Shown here in pieces: positions 49,076 through 60,810 of a stretch of DNA of 64,000 nucleotides (position 1 is its first letter; each line of letters opens with the position of its first letter). Made by a program: the position numbers and the translations under genes. The stretch spans positions 134,048 to 198,047 of the forward strand of contig MU057947.1 of NCBI GenBank assembly GCA_013265495.1, written 5' to 3'. The DNA is from Vicugna vicugna. Its lineage: Eukaryota. The notes under the pieces are model-generated. The model was given only the letters and a program-made list of their open reading frames with translations. It made no database searches and was not told the origin of the DNA.

Positions 49076-50946
49076 TGTGGTTACTAAACATATACAAGGA
49101 AAAAGAGGGAAAAACAAAACTATTGTAAATACGGTTGTGGGTCCGTCTGATTTAAGCTCACAGGTACAGAGTGGGTTGGAGCTACAACAATTCACGGCAG
49201 GCTTTGGAGCAACTTTTCACTGAGGCATTTCAATTTAGACCAGATTCAGGCCTGAGACCTGGGCACGGAGTTCCTGGTGAATCGCCCCACCTTCCTTCGT
49301 CAAGGAAAAGCCGGGGCATCCAGAGGACATTCTCTTTTACCAGGTGCCCAAATGCCTCTTGGAAACCTGTCCAGAGAAGGATCACATCCTTGTGTCCTCA
49401 GGGAGAAAGTCGGTCTCTGGCTCTGGCGTCATGCCTGCCACACAGAGCATACCTTCTGTCCGTCCGCAGGTGCGCCTCGTGGGTACCAAGAGGCTCACGT
49501 TTCTGATCATCACAGGAAGCCATCCTTCAAGTCTTAAAGCTCCGATGTTCTCACTGTGGTCTGGCGCCTCCCAAGACCAGGCTTGTACACCTCTTAGGTC
49601 TTACATTTCCTGCTTATCTGGAGACCAAGACTGAGCTTGTCTAGGCGTCTTCTGCACCGCCCCCTTTCTCCGTGAGGGAAGGAGGACTGGGCCCAGCGGA
49701 GTGAGGCTAGAAGGAGCCTCAGCTTTGGGCTCAGCCTCACTTTTGGGGCACGTTCAGCTCCCACACAGCAGCCTCGGCATGAGGCCAACGCCATTCATAC
49801 TGAATGTACTGGAAGCTTCTCCCGGCCAACCAGCTACTCACTGGCTGGATCCACGTGGTTTGGCCGAAGCTCCTGCGAGCCCAGCTGGTAATGTCCAGTT
49901 AGCTGCCAGACGAAGGAGTGGCCACGTCCCCTCGTCTGCCATGCTCCCCCGCACGGGAGCATCCATCACCTAGACCAGTCACACCCTCCCAGCAGCCTAG
50001 ACTGGTATTTCCCTTTTTCTCACCAGTGAGCCACCTGCCAACCATACTGTAGCTGCAGAGCCCAGCCCTGAGGTCAGCATGCAAACGGTAGAGCAAATGC
50101 TGCCCTGGAGGGACCCGCCGCTGGCTTAGGGACACGCTGACACGGGCAATCCAGGGGTGCTGCTGTAGCTGGGGAATCGGGCACCTGTTATGAGCCAGAG
50201 GCATCAGGAGGACACAGGAAGGGAACTGGGCAGGACGCGTAGGGCTGACTGGGAGGAGCTTGGGGACACCTCTGTGGGCCCCATGGAGGGAGCCTGGGTC
50301 CCCAGAGCCCGAGTGTCAGGAGGCCACTTTCAAATGTGGGCCACTTTAAGGCCATTTTAACACACTGCCTAGCGAGTTCTTTGTTTCCTAACTAACCAGG
50401 ACAAGTCACTTGTCTAAATGTGGAAATTCTTAAAATACTCAAAGGCTGCTTAGAGTGAAAACCTCTATGAAGGAAATCTTCCGTCTTTGTGGGGAGTTTT
50501 CATAAATTTCCTAAGTAAGTGCTGATGCCGTAATAGGGCTACCTCTGTCGCTGAAATGGAGATGGCTGCAGACGTGGGAATTGTACTGAACAGGGAGGGG
50601 GACACCCCCGGGGTGGAGGGAGGCAAGTCCACCTTGACCTCAGCTCCCTATCAAGGACCACCTCCCAGCTGCATCCAGCCCTTGCAGCTGCGTTGGCCTG
50701 GCCACGTTAGGGAGCACCTGGTTCACAGGCTGACATGGTCTTCCTGGTGCTGAGGAAACACGGGGACTCACGGTGACAACGCGCACTCGGGCAGCCTCCG
50801 ATCCACGCCTCGCTGCCCGCAGGACACAGTGCCCCCGGCGTGTGGGATGGTTGTCTCTGAATCTACAGGGCAGATAATTCCGTTTGGATGTGCCATTCCT
50901 TACCCGAATAGATTAGAACCTGCTGGGGGGAAATACTTTGAAAAAC

Positions 50947-51310
50947 ATGACTGTGTCCCCCCAGAATTCCTGTGTTGAAGCCCCACCCCCCAGTGCAATG
51001 GTGTGAGGAGGTGGGGCCCTGGGGGAGGTGACTGGGGCTGGATGAGGCTCTGTAGGTGGGATTCTCATGATGGGACCAGTGCCCTGAGGGGAAGAGACGG
51101 GAGGGAGCGCGTTCCTGTGCCCTCCCCACCGTGCGATGACTCCGCGGGAAGGCGGCCGTCTACAGGCCGGGGAGAGGGTCCTCCCCGGAGCCGGGCGCGC
51201 TGGCTCCCCAGTCCCGCACATCCAGCCTCCAGAACCCTGAGACATAAGTGTCTGCTGTGTGAGCCGCCCAGCCTGCGGGGTTTGTCCTGGCGCCCGGGTT
51301 GCTGATGCAG
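50947..51310 (+). mobile_element. MLT1A-type MaLR solo LTR, strongly GC-shifted
   Basis: TGTGTCCCCCCAGAATTCCTGTGTTGAAG...GGAGGTGGGGCCCT...CTCATGATGGGACCAGTGCCCT...GGCGGCCGTCTAC...CCAGCCTCCAGAAC. Confidence 0.85.
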
Positions 51311-52256
51311 AGATGGTTCACAGGAAACTGGTTTTTAAACTCAAGGAATCCAAAAACCAGGAACGCCCATGTTTGTGCTTGAAACAAGAAACAGCAAAAC
51401 TGCCTCTGTGAGAGAGCCAGAGAGACGAGGACGCAGGAGGACAGGGAAGGAAGAGACTCTGCACGGCGGTTTGCACTGGGGCGGAGGCTGAGGTGCCGGT
51501 GCCAACCTCCAGTCCAAACTGATTTTCCGAGCCAACTTATACACTCCTAAAATATTTCCATGTAATTGAAGCATTTTCGTAAATGCCTGTGTGAATTAGC
51601 GTCTTTGCCGGGCTGGATTATGCCATCGCACCGAGTTAGTCCTAATTATCGGGTTTTCTTGGGAACAACTGGCTGAGTGCACTTGCACCGAAATACATTT
51701 AATTTGGTTTTATATAGCACCTTTTAGTACACACTGTGCTTTACTTCAAACTGCTTTAATGAGTAACGGATCAGATGCTCGCAGAGCAGTGACTCCTCAA
51801 ATGAAGGGAAGAGACGTTACAGGTTCAGCGATAGCTCACATTGGAAAAGCAGGACCCTCGTGGCCGCTCGGCTCCTGCTCTCTGCAGGAAGGGTCGTGCC
51901 GTCCCGCCTTCCCCCGTGGCCCGGCACAGGGGAGCTGGGGGGGGACCAGCACGTGGTCATCAACATGCCCCGTCGTGGGACAGGAGGTGGGACACCTCTG
52001 GCGGTGGGACCATGTGTAGCCAAGGGGGCCTGGAGAGGACAGAGATGCCACCACTGTATCCCAGTAAGCGAGGACCAGTGGGGGTCCAGCCGTTGGCCAC
52101 TGTGTGTCCCCCTGAGTGGGCTGAGTGTGACATCTGATAACTTGATGATAAGTGATTTAGGAAATCAGGCAGGCGGGAACTGAGAATCAGAGACCTTGCT
52201 TGAAGCCCAGATAGAGGATCCCTAAGAGTCCCAAAGAACCTGAATTTACATGTATG

Positions 52257-52331
52257 TAGGGTGACCATCTGTCCTGATTAACCTGGGACCAGGTGAAGTT
52301 CTGGACAAACAGAGACGGCTGGGTCACTCAT
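52257..52331. mobile_element. Miniature inverted-repeat DNA element (MER96-like hAT remnant)
   Basis: Left arm AGGGTGACCATCTGTCCTGATTAACCTGGGAC is an imperfect inverted repeat of right arm GTTCTGGACAAACAGAGACGGCTGGGTCACTC. Confidence 0.6.
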
Positions 52332-52339
52332 ATCTAGAG

Positions 52340-52510
52340 CAGCATTTCTCAAAGGTTGGTGCTCAAACCATCTGCTCATTAAAAACCCAGAGGCCTTTGT
52401 CCTCACTCCAGACCTACTGATGGAGAAAGGAGGGGCGGGGGACCCCATCATTTGCATTTAACCAGTCCTCTGGCTGATGTGTATTTGCAACCAACTTCTG
52501 AGAACCACTT
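52340..52510. mobile_element. MER5-type hAT-Charlie MITE
   Basis: Ends CAGCATTTCTCAAA and TGAGAACCACT, internal CCAGACCTACTGA and TTTGCATTTAACCAG, flanks ATCTAGAG / TCCTAGAG consistent with an 8-bp hAT TSD. Confidence 0.75.
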
Positions 52511-52914
52511 TCCTAGAGAAACTAAAAGAAGCAGCAAGTGTTTTACTGACAAGGAGAAGTCCATGCAGAATCTTCCCTGCGTGAAGGCAGGTCCCCGGGC
52601 TGGGCAGAGCCGGGTCCCCTGGATGGGGTCAAATGGCCTGAGCAGCGGGTGGGGAGGGCTGGAGGTGGTGTGCGCATGGCACCGAGGCAGCCTCGTGGCA
52701 TTGGTGGCCTCCACAAGTCTAGACGGAGCCAAGTTGCCCTCAGACAAAGCAGGCGGGTAATTTTTCTCTATTCCCAGCATCTTGAAAACCCCTCGAAAGT
52801 GACAGTGGGCTCCATCGGGGAAAGGCGGGTCCAGCGTAGGCCCAGCGACTTCCCGGAGGACAGGAGGCTCCTCTAGGGGATGAGGCCTCAGGAAGACCTG
52901 AGCCAGCTCCTGTT

Positions 52915-53085
52915 GACTTCCTACTGCCTGGGCCAGAGACCGTCACCATTATCACGTTCCACACTCATCACCCCCATTATTAAAGTAAGACAACTGAATC
53001 CTGGAGAAGTGACTTCCCTAGGTCTTAATGCAAATAATAAAGAAAGCCAGGCATGCCAGACCCAAAGCCAGCTTTCCCCATTAAC
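52915..53085 (-). mobile_element. MIR fragment
   Basis: CCTACTGCCTGGGCCAG...ATCACCCCCATTATTAAAGTAAGACAACTGAATCCTGGAGAAGTGACTTCCCTAGGTC. Confidence 0.55.
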
Positions 53086-53454
53086 CGCCCCCCACCCCCC
53101 GACGTGGTGCCCCTGAAGTCCCACTGTCTCTCTTGCAGTTACTCCAGGGCAGACGCTGGTTAAGGCGTGTCTCAGTGGTTACACAACTTGCCACGGCTCT
53201 GCTGCCGCGAAGGGGCAGAGCGCCCCCGCCCGCCCTCCCCGGCCTCGTGCAGCCGCCGGAAAGGGTAACCAGGGCGGTGTCAGTTTTTCATCTACTTCTT
53301 CTATTTTTTTAATTTCTTCTTTGACTGTTGCCACTTCATACATTTTCTGAGCCCCTGTACCTCTGCTCTGAGATTTTTATATTAAAGATTATTTCATTGT
53401 TAAAAAATTCATGAGGCTCTGAGTAGGCCTTTCCCACTTGAAAAAACACCCCGA

Positions 53455-53830
53455 ATGCAGTGCTTACCCAAGATTTATTATTACTCAAGATCCTGTGGGT
53501 CACTTGGGCGGTTCTCCCAGTGAGGGCCAGCTCAGCTGAGCTCTGCGAACTGGGGACTCAGCCTGAGCTGAACGGGGGCCTTCGGGCTGGTGGTCTAGGG
53601 ACAGGGGCTGGGCTGGCGGCTCTGCTCTGCCCCGTGGGTCACGGGGCCTCAGGCGGGCTAGCCCGGGCTTCTTGTCAGGCGGTCTCCAGGGCCACGGGGC
53701 AGCGGGGCCCACACCCACACCCTCCCCACTACCATCTCTTGGGCCAAATCCAGCCACGTGGCTGACCTCGAGGCGGCGGAGGAGGGGGTGCCCAGAGGCC
53801 GGCGTGCAGGGAGGGCAGTACGGAGGCCAC
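53455..53830 (-). mobile_element. Probable old MLT1 (G/H/I-like) LTR, heavily GC-shifted
   Basis: ATTTATTATTACTCAAGATCCTGTGGGTCACTTGGGCGGTTCT...CAGGCGGGCTAGCCCGGGCTT...TTGGGCCAAATCCAGCCACGTGGCTGACCTC resemble MLT1 landmarks. Confidence 0.5.
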
Positions 53831-54007
53831 TCCGCCTTCCTCCCCGTCACTCACAGAAGGGAGTTCCCTGGGCTCTTGCCCGGCCTGAGAAGCCCCGACT
53901 GGGGCCGGGGGCAGGGGGGTTCTCTGGAGCCCAGTCTCCTGGCCTTCTCCCTCCTCATTCCATGCACCCCCCCACAGCAACATCCTTGGTGGCCCTCAGA
54001 CCTGCCC

Positions 54008-54337
54008 TGTCAGTCAGGGTTCCCCAGAAGAGCAGAACCAATAGGGTATGTACACAGACAGACAGACAGAGGGTCATTTACTGTAAGGACTGGCTCACAC
54101 GGATGCAGAGGTCGGCAAGTCCAAAATCTGCCAGGCGGGCGGGCGGGCCAGCGAGCCTCTGGAGAGGCGATGTTTCAGCTCAAACCCAAAGGCTGGACCG
54201 CCTCTTCCGAGAGGGACCCCAGTCTCTTTTCTCTCAGGACCTCATCACGTTGGAAGATGCCCACTCTCGTGATGGAGGCTAATCTGCTTTGCTCCAAATC
54301 TACTGATTTAAATGTTACTCTCATCTCAAAACCCTCT
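54008..54337 (-). mobile_element. MLT2-type ERVL solo LTR (partial)
   Basis: TGTCAGTCAGGGTTCCCCAGAAGAGCAGAACCAATAGGG...TAAGGACTGGCTCAC...GATGGAGGCTAATCTGCTTTGCTCCAAATCTACTGATTTAAATGTTA. Confidence 0.88.
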
Positions 54338-54919
54338 GCCTGTGGCTATAGAGTTCAAATAAAACTTCCCGGTTACAATTCGACATAGCAGACAACATAC
54401 CAAGAGGGACAAAGTTCCCTGGTTCAGAACCAGAAGAGCTGAGTTGGCCAGCTGGCAGAGAGTTCTCCCCTGGATTCTGCCTGGCACGTGGAGAAGCAAC
54501 AGAGATGGGGCAGGGTGAGGGGACACACAAACTCAACCAGTTTGCAGGAAGTCGTCCGTTAGGGGCAGAAAGACGGGGTGGGGGTTAGAGGCGGTCATGC
54601 AGTTCTTGGTCTCTTTGGCTGGGGAGTGGTAAAAGCCAAAATGATTTATCGTGTTAAGAACCTCCCTGATTATCAGGGAGGCGTCAGCTCTCGCACAGCA
54701 CTGGCCTGGCCCTGCCAACACCGAACTTCTTCAAAAAGCTGCCCTATGAATAATTCACGGCATTCCAAGATAAGTAATCATTGTTTTTAAAAAGTGAATA
54801 AGTACAGAATACATTTTAAAAACTACTGGAAAGGGGAGGAAATGAACAGGAAAGAACATGGTAAGGAGAGAACCCTTACTAACAGACGTTTCCACGGAGC
54901 AGCTGAAAACTGTTGCCAA

Positions 54920-55625
54920 ACAGGCCCCATGAATTTTTTAACACTCAATGAAATAATTGCTTCTTTAATATACAGTCTCAGAGCAGAGCTACAGGAGCTC
55001 AGGAAATATATAAAGTGGCAACAGTAGAAGAAGAAATAAAAAAAGAAGTGGATGAAAATCTAAAAGCATCACAAAAATGAAGGCCACACCGGTGACAAGA
55101 GGAAGATCTATTAGTGACAACACAGTGGAGCCCCTGGAAGACAGGACGGGAGACGGACCACATAAGATGGAAATAAACAAGGCGTGTGGAAGAGGAGCGA
55201 GGAAATAACATGTGGCTAAGATAGGAAAACAAAAAGGTATCCAGCAAACACAGAAATGTTTTCCTGAAGCAGAAAGCTGAAAAATTGGAACAGGAAAAAA
55301 AACTTTGAGATACAATTTAAGAAAACTTTCCAGAAATAAAAGACAAGGTGAATCTATAGATTGAAAGAGTGCTCTGTGGACCAAGAGAAATGATACGGCA
55401 TGATCAATACTGAGACACACGCTGGTAACGTTATCGATCGTCCAAGAGAAGAGTCCTTTGGGGGCCCAACAGAAGATGGGGCTGTTCTCTGAACCATCCA
55501 CTTGCCAAATCCTCAGGGAAAGAAGGTGTTAACCCAAGAGGTCTGTACCTGGTCAAACTGTAATTCAAGTATTAAAGGAAACAAACATGCAGGACCTCAA
55601 GAAATGTAGTCTCTGTATTTCTAGC
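54920..55625 (+). mobile_element. HAL1 / L1 ORF1-like fragment
   Basis: GAAAACTTTCCAGAAATAAAAGACAAGGTGAATCTATAGATTGAAAGAG translates to ENFPEIKDKVNL*IER; later AACCCAAGAGGTCTGTACCTGGTCAAACTG (NPR.LY..KL). Confidence 0.7.
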
Positions 55626-55982
55626 CTTTCCAATAAAAACCCCTAGATAGCCAGCGCCGCCCAGCACAGGTGAACAGAGAGGCAGCCAGCAGAAGACGGG
55701 GAGTGGGTGTCAAGCCCGCTGAGCTGCGGTTACGCCGGGCCAGCCGTGAGGATTACAGCCAAGGACGGAACGCGCACGTGTGTGACCCCAGGAAAGGGAA
55801 ACCAGCCTCAGCACCTGCGTTAAAACTCGCGTGAGGTCACTAGTTTGTTCATGCTTTGACATCCGGGGAACAAAGATGTCATTTTTAAAGCAGGTAAGTA
55901 GAAAATATAAGAGTGTATATAAAAACATAAATGCAGTAAAGGCAAACACCAAAGAAATTACACAATTTCTTAAAACTGGGTG

Positions 55983-56130
55983 GCGGGGGGCGGTACAGCT
56001 CAGTGCTAGAGTGTGTGCTCAGCACGCGTGGGGTCCTGGGCTTAATCCTCAGCACCGCCATGAAAGACAAACAAATAAATAAACAAACCTAATTACCTTC
56101 CCCCAAAACAGGCTAAATAAATTTTAAAAG
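55983..56130 (+). mobile_element. tRNA-derived SINE (camelid Vic-1-like), near full length
   Basis: GGTACAGCTCAGTGCTAGAG (A-box-like), GGTCCTGGGCTTAATCCTCAGCACCGCCA (degenerate B box and CCA), tail AAATAAATAAACAAACCTAATTACCTTCCCCC; possible TSD TTAAAA(C)TGG. Confidence 0.9.
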
Positions 56131-56504
56131 GTTAAAATGGTGAGTTTTAAAAAAATGGGATGGGAGGGGAGGAGGCAGGATGTATACTAAGCTTGTCAGT
56201 GCCTTAATTTCTTTAAGAAATATTTCTCAGTTTCACAAAACAACAAAATAACTCCTCTTGACAAATAAGGAGGAGAGAGGATCTAGTCTCTAGTTCTTGG
56301 ACCCAGCTTTTGACGTCAATTTGTGCCCAGATCAGTTTTCTGGCGGGGCGCAGGCTGCCTCCAGCCATTTGGGAAGAACACAGTTTCTGATGGTGGATCA
56401 GTGTTGTCATAGTAGCAAAGGGTGACGGCGGCTTCAGCGTGTTGGGTGTTTGCACGTAAAGCTAAGGAGATACCCCATGACGGCATTCAGTCCTCACTGC
56501 ACCC

Positions 56505-56615
56505 CCATGAGTCAGGCCTTTATGTCTCATTTCTCAGAAGAGGACTTCGGAGGGTCTACAGGGCACGTGGCTAGGAAATTGCAAGTTGAACTTGAACCTG
56601 AGCCTCACTGGCTCC
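56505..56615 (-). mobile_element. MIR fragment
   Basis: TTATGTCTCATTTCTCAGAAGAGGAC...GAACTTGAACCTGAG. Confidence 0.45.
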
Positions 56616-59379
56616 CAAGTGGGTGCTCGCAAGCTCAAGGAGACCTTACTGTAAGATTTGGATTGAGTTTCTTATTATGGAGGAAGAATATTTCCATACA
56701 ACTGACACCAAATTAACAAAGGAGGTCCTTCCTAACCCACTTACCCTCTCAGACTGGAATGTCTCTTCCCGCCCCCTCCCCTCCCCCTCCCCTTTGTCAC
56801 TTGGAATGTTTCTCATTGTTCATGGTTCAAGGCTCACGCATCGCCTTATCCCAGCAATTCCCGGCCCTCCTTCCTCCGCGCTCCACGCTCAGCACCTCCT
56901 ACGTGTGCACCGGCCCTCAGCCAGCTGACACAGTTAATCGCTGAGGCACCTTGCGCCGTGTCTGGTCCGAGTAAATGGAATCCACAACTTAGAGGTCATG
57001 TTAAATTTTGACATGAGCTTTGTTATTTGTCGCCTTTTTTGGATCCTTCGTCTTAAGGTAGACTTCTGAGTTAACTGAAGCAGAAGTCAGGACAGGCCAC
57101 CACTCTCCCCCGTGTGACAAGCACTTAGCTAACATTATGGGGAGTTAACCAAAGGACAATACAATCTTGTCCTTAGGCTTATTTCTAGAGTTGCTGGAAG
57201 GAGAGGTGAGACCGTGAAAAAAAACAAACAAAAAAACAAAACAAGGAAAAGGAAGGCAACACTTCAGATGACTGCGGAACAAATACGAGTCCCATGCAGT
57301 CTCCGTGGGTGCATGTTTGCATTGAGAAGGTTAAAATCTGAAGGCGATTTTCAGTTGTCTAGTTTACGGAAGGCGCCAGTCTCTGATCTCTCCTCTCCTG
57401 TCCATTCAGCAGTGGGTGGGCAAGAGGGTTCCAAAAAGTCCCATCTCTCTGCTCCGGTTAACCACCCACTTCCACACACAAAAAGGAGGCTCCCAAATGT
57501 CGCCGTTAGCTTTCTGTTTGATTTTCGCTCCAGAGAGGTTCTGCGAGACGGCGCCACGAAGGGTAGGAAATGTCTTTTAAATGTCCTTTCTCCATCTATG
57601 TGATCTTCCTCGTTGCTCCTTCCGTCTCCTTTGCTTATAGGTTAGATCCCCAGAAACTTACTATTCAGATCGTAGCCGAGCTAGACAACCGCTTTTCCGT
57701 CTTGGACTTCGTTCAGTACGGTTTGCTCGAGGAAAGGTAATTTCTCCTTCCCTTTAAACAGCACAGCTCCGCCTACTGCAAGCTCTGTTTGCCGTTTTTC
57801 TTTTAATTAAAGCTCATGAGCCCCCCTGGAAAAGCTGAGTCTTTTCTTACGGGTTTCTCAGTTTCAGGAAAGAGTGGGAGGAAGGCACCCTTCATCAGCT
57901 CAGGACTATTCACGGAGGGAACCTCAGCCATCAAATCCGTTTCCTGGTCACTCTGAAAACTGGGATGGTAGCCTTTTGGGGAAAATCTGAGAAGGAGAAA
58001 TAAATAAATGAAGGCCACGCAAGGCCTGCAGGGATAAACAAGGTTGACAAGCTAGTATTTTCCTATTGCTTCTGGTTCACAGCAGGCCTCCAGGCCAAAC
58101 TCCGGCTTGAAGCATTCCACTCCTCCACCTGGAGGGGCCCCCGTGGCGTCGGGGGTTCTGCGGAACGTCTTCTCTGCCTGTTTCCCCGCTGCGTTCTCCC
58201 TCCACAGGGTGGTTACCCCAGGCTTGGGACGATGGACCCCATTAGGGGAAAGAGTGCCGATTCCAGGCAATTTCATTATCTGTCCTCTGGTACCACTGAC
58301 TAACCAGTGGTCCAAGGGCCTGCCAGGTGCCGCCCAGCTGTCACATCAGATGTCCTCCCCGCCACACCCACTCCCTAACGTCACCCAGCCGACAGCCGGG
58401 CCGGGAAACACCAAGCGGAGGACAGTTCACTGCAGGACGCAGCTCAAGACCGTGGGGAGAGAGAGACCCCGTCGCTGGAGAGCAGTTCATGCCTCAGATG
58501 AGCAGAGAGTGGCTGGTACACGGAGCAGGGGCTTGGTGAGACATCATAAGATCAAACGCCCCACGAAGATGGTCAAACAAAAGTCCTTTCAGAGGCATTT
58601 GGATCCAGGACTCTTTCTCTTAGTTCAATGCCCTGTTCATGTCGAGGGGCCAGGATGGCCCGAGACTGGGGTGCCCTGAAGGCAAAAGCGGCCATCGAGG
58701 GGAGATGGCTTCCTATTTTGGGGACAGCAGAAAATGTCTGCGAGCGTGAGGAAATGTGTCTCCCAGCCAACAGCAGAAAACAAACGTTGCCCGGCCCGCT
58801 TCCTCGTGTGGCCCAGCGTACTTCTATGCACGTTTGCTGTGTGGACAAGAGGGTTAAAAGTTAAACAGTCGCCCAGGGCGCCGGGAAGGCGGCGCACAGG
58901 TGGGAAATGGGCTTCCAGCCTCCCGAACTATCGCTCCCCGTCTTTAGCAGCAGCTAACAGGCACCAGTGGGCAAAAACGTCTTTCCTGAAGGTGCCGGGT
59001 ATTGTGAAATTGGGCTGTTCCAATGTCTGAAATAGCCATCTGACCTTTAATCCAAAGCCATAAATTTATCATTGTCTGAAATTGGTAGACTCTACCCTTC
59101 TTCTTAAGGCCAGTCTTCCGGATTTAGCATTCACAGAATATCTAGTCTCTCTTGAATGAAAAGAGACTTAAAATTCAATGGGGCTCCCTGGAAAATGGCG
59201 GAACAAAAAGGAATTAGCAGTTTGGAAGCCAGACCTGGTCCCCATCTAAATGAAATCACAAAGGCTAGAGAAACACAGAGCCTGGTGAGATCAAGTTAGT
59301 CTGTATTTCATAAAATGATAAATACCTAGAAGTCATGTTTATGTATAATGAATTACAATCCTTCCACATTTACCTTAGT

Positions 59380-60810
59380 AACATTTTGCAGGGCTTGTAT
59401 TTTACTCCCAACTACCAATTATGTCATCACTCTGGCATTTACCTGGACATAATGATACACAGCCAGCCCATTCCTGTAACATAATTCATTGCTTTAAAGT
59501 GTTTGCAAAGCCACACGGCATTCTCCGTACACATAACGACTCGGATATTGCTATTAAAATTTTACAGATTAAAGTTTAGTAAACCTTCACAATCTTGTGT
59601 TGCTTTCTGGGTATCTTGTTAATCCTACAGGAAAAGATGTTCAGCTATTTAAATGTCAATAAACGCATAACCCTGTAAAAAGCAGACAGTGTATAACCCC
59701 TTCTACAGCGCCTCACCGACCACTTTCAGGAAGCGAGAGCTCCTTTTTTAACCGTTCAAGGCAGGTCATTGAGACCTTCATTTCGGCCACAATATTATGT
59801 CATCTATTAAAATATGAAAATACACATATAAAGCACGCACACACACTCCTTCACGCTCCAGTCCCCCGGACCTCAGTGTTTTCCTCTCCTTGACTCATTA
59901 AACTCAGCACAGAACTCACAACTGTACCCCTGGTTTGCATTTATTCATTTTAATTTAGGTTGGAGGGGGGAAAAAAAAAGAAGTCAGATCTTTTTATAAG
60001 CTTGTGAGGTCACCAAATTTAAATTAAGCCTCCGCCTGTAAAGCACATTAATAAAAGTACTATACAGAGAGAAATTTAATATGAATGGTTAAAATGCATG
60101 GAATTCAGACTTTACTGTCAAACAGCTCAATTAAACAAATTGAATTTTTAAGCAACAAAGGGGAATTGAATCAAATTAGGAACAGAGAGCGATCTGAATT
60201 GTGGACCTTTAGGAAGGAGAGGGTGGCCCCTCCAGCAAGCGAGCAAGCTTTATTTGTTGCCTCTGCAGTTAGGGGAGGCCGGCAGGGCCGCGGTACAAGA
60301 GGATAAAAATGTTCGCTGTTGAAACACAGTTTTTGGCTCCCAATAAATCATCTGTCACTTCATCACAGCCCAGTAGATAATGAGCAATAAAGTTTTCACA
60401 CTCAGGGAATGAGGACACAGACAGAAGAAATACAGCTGAAGCTGTAAGTCTGGCGTTTCTGCAAATGGAAGGTGCTTTGTATAAGAAATGACCCGAAGGG
60501 TTCCTCAAAGAACACAGCGTCAGGACAATAAACAATTTACTGCATTAAAAATTAAATCACATTTATTAGGAACTTTAATGACAAAAGTCTGCTGAGGTCG
60601 ATACATTAAATAAAGCACGATGCCGATGTAGAAATAGTTGGGTGCGCAAAATCAGCTAAAGCTTGCTGGCACAGGGTGGTCCGTACACGGAGCCACTATA
60701 ATTTTTACTGGCATTATTTTAAATGTTTATGCACGTACATTATTCCCCATTTGGCATTTAAATGGCACTAACGTATCTGTGATTCAAAAATAATTTTTAT
60801 TCAGATGAGT
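59380..60810. promoter_or_regulatory. Long candidate enhancer / conserved non-coding cluster
   Basis: About 1.4 kb with no recognisable repeat, AT-rich with retained CpGs, repeated CAATAAA/TAATAAA and an ERE-like palindrome at 59763. Confidence 0.45.

Noticed and set aside
53672..54388. 238-aa ORF as a real gene
   Set aside because: It runs across two LTR remnants, has a non-ATG start and has no recognisable domain.
55983..56060. tRNA gene (Ala-like)
   Set aside because: The B box is degenerate, it is followed by a SINE tail, and two more diverged copies occur in the window. It is a SINE head.
56962..57040. Y RNA-like start (CTGGTCCGAGT...ACAACT), small hairpin and T-run
   Set aside because: The complementary 3' stem (TTGACTAGCC-like) required for a Y RNA is absent; the match is short and probably chance.
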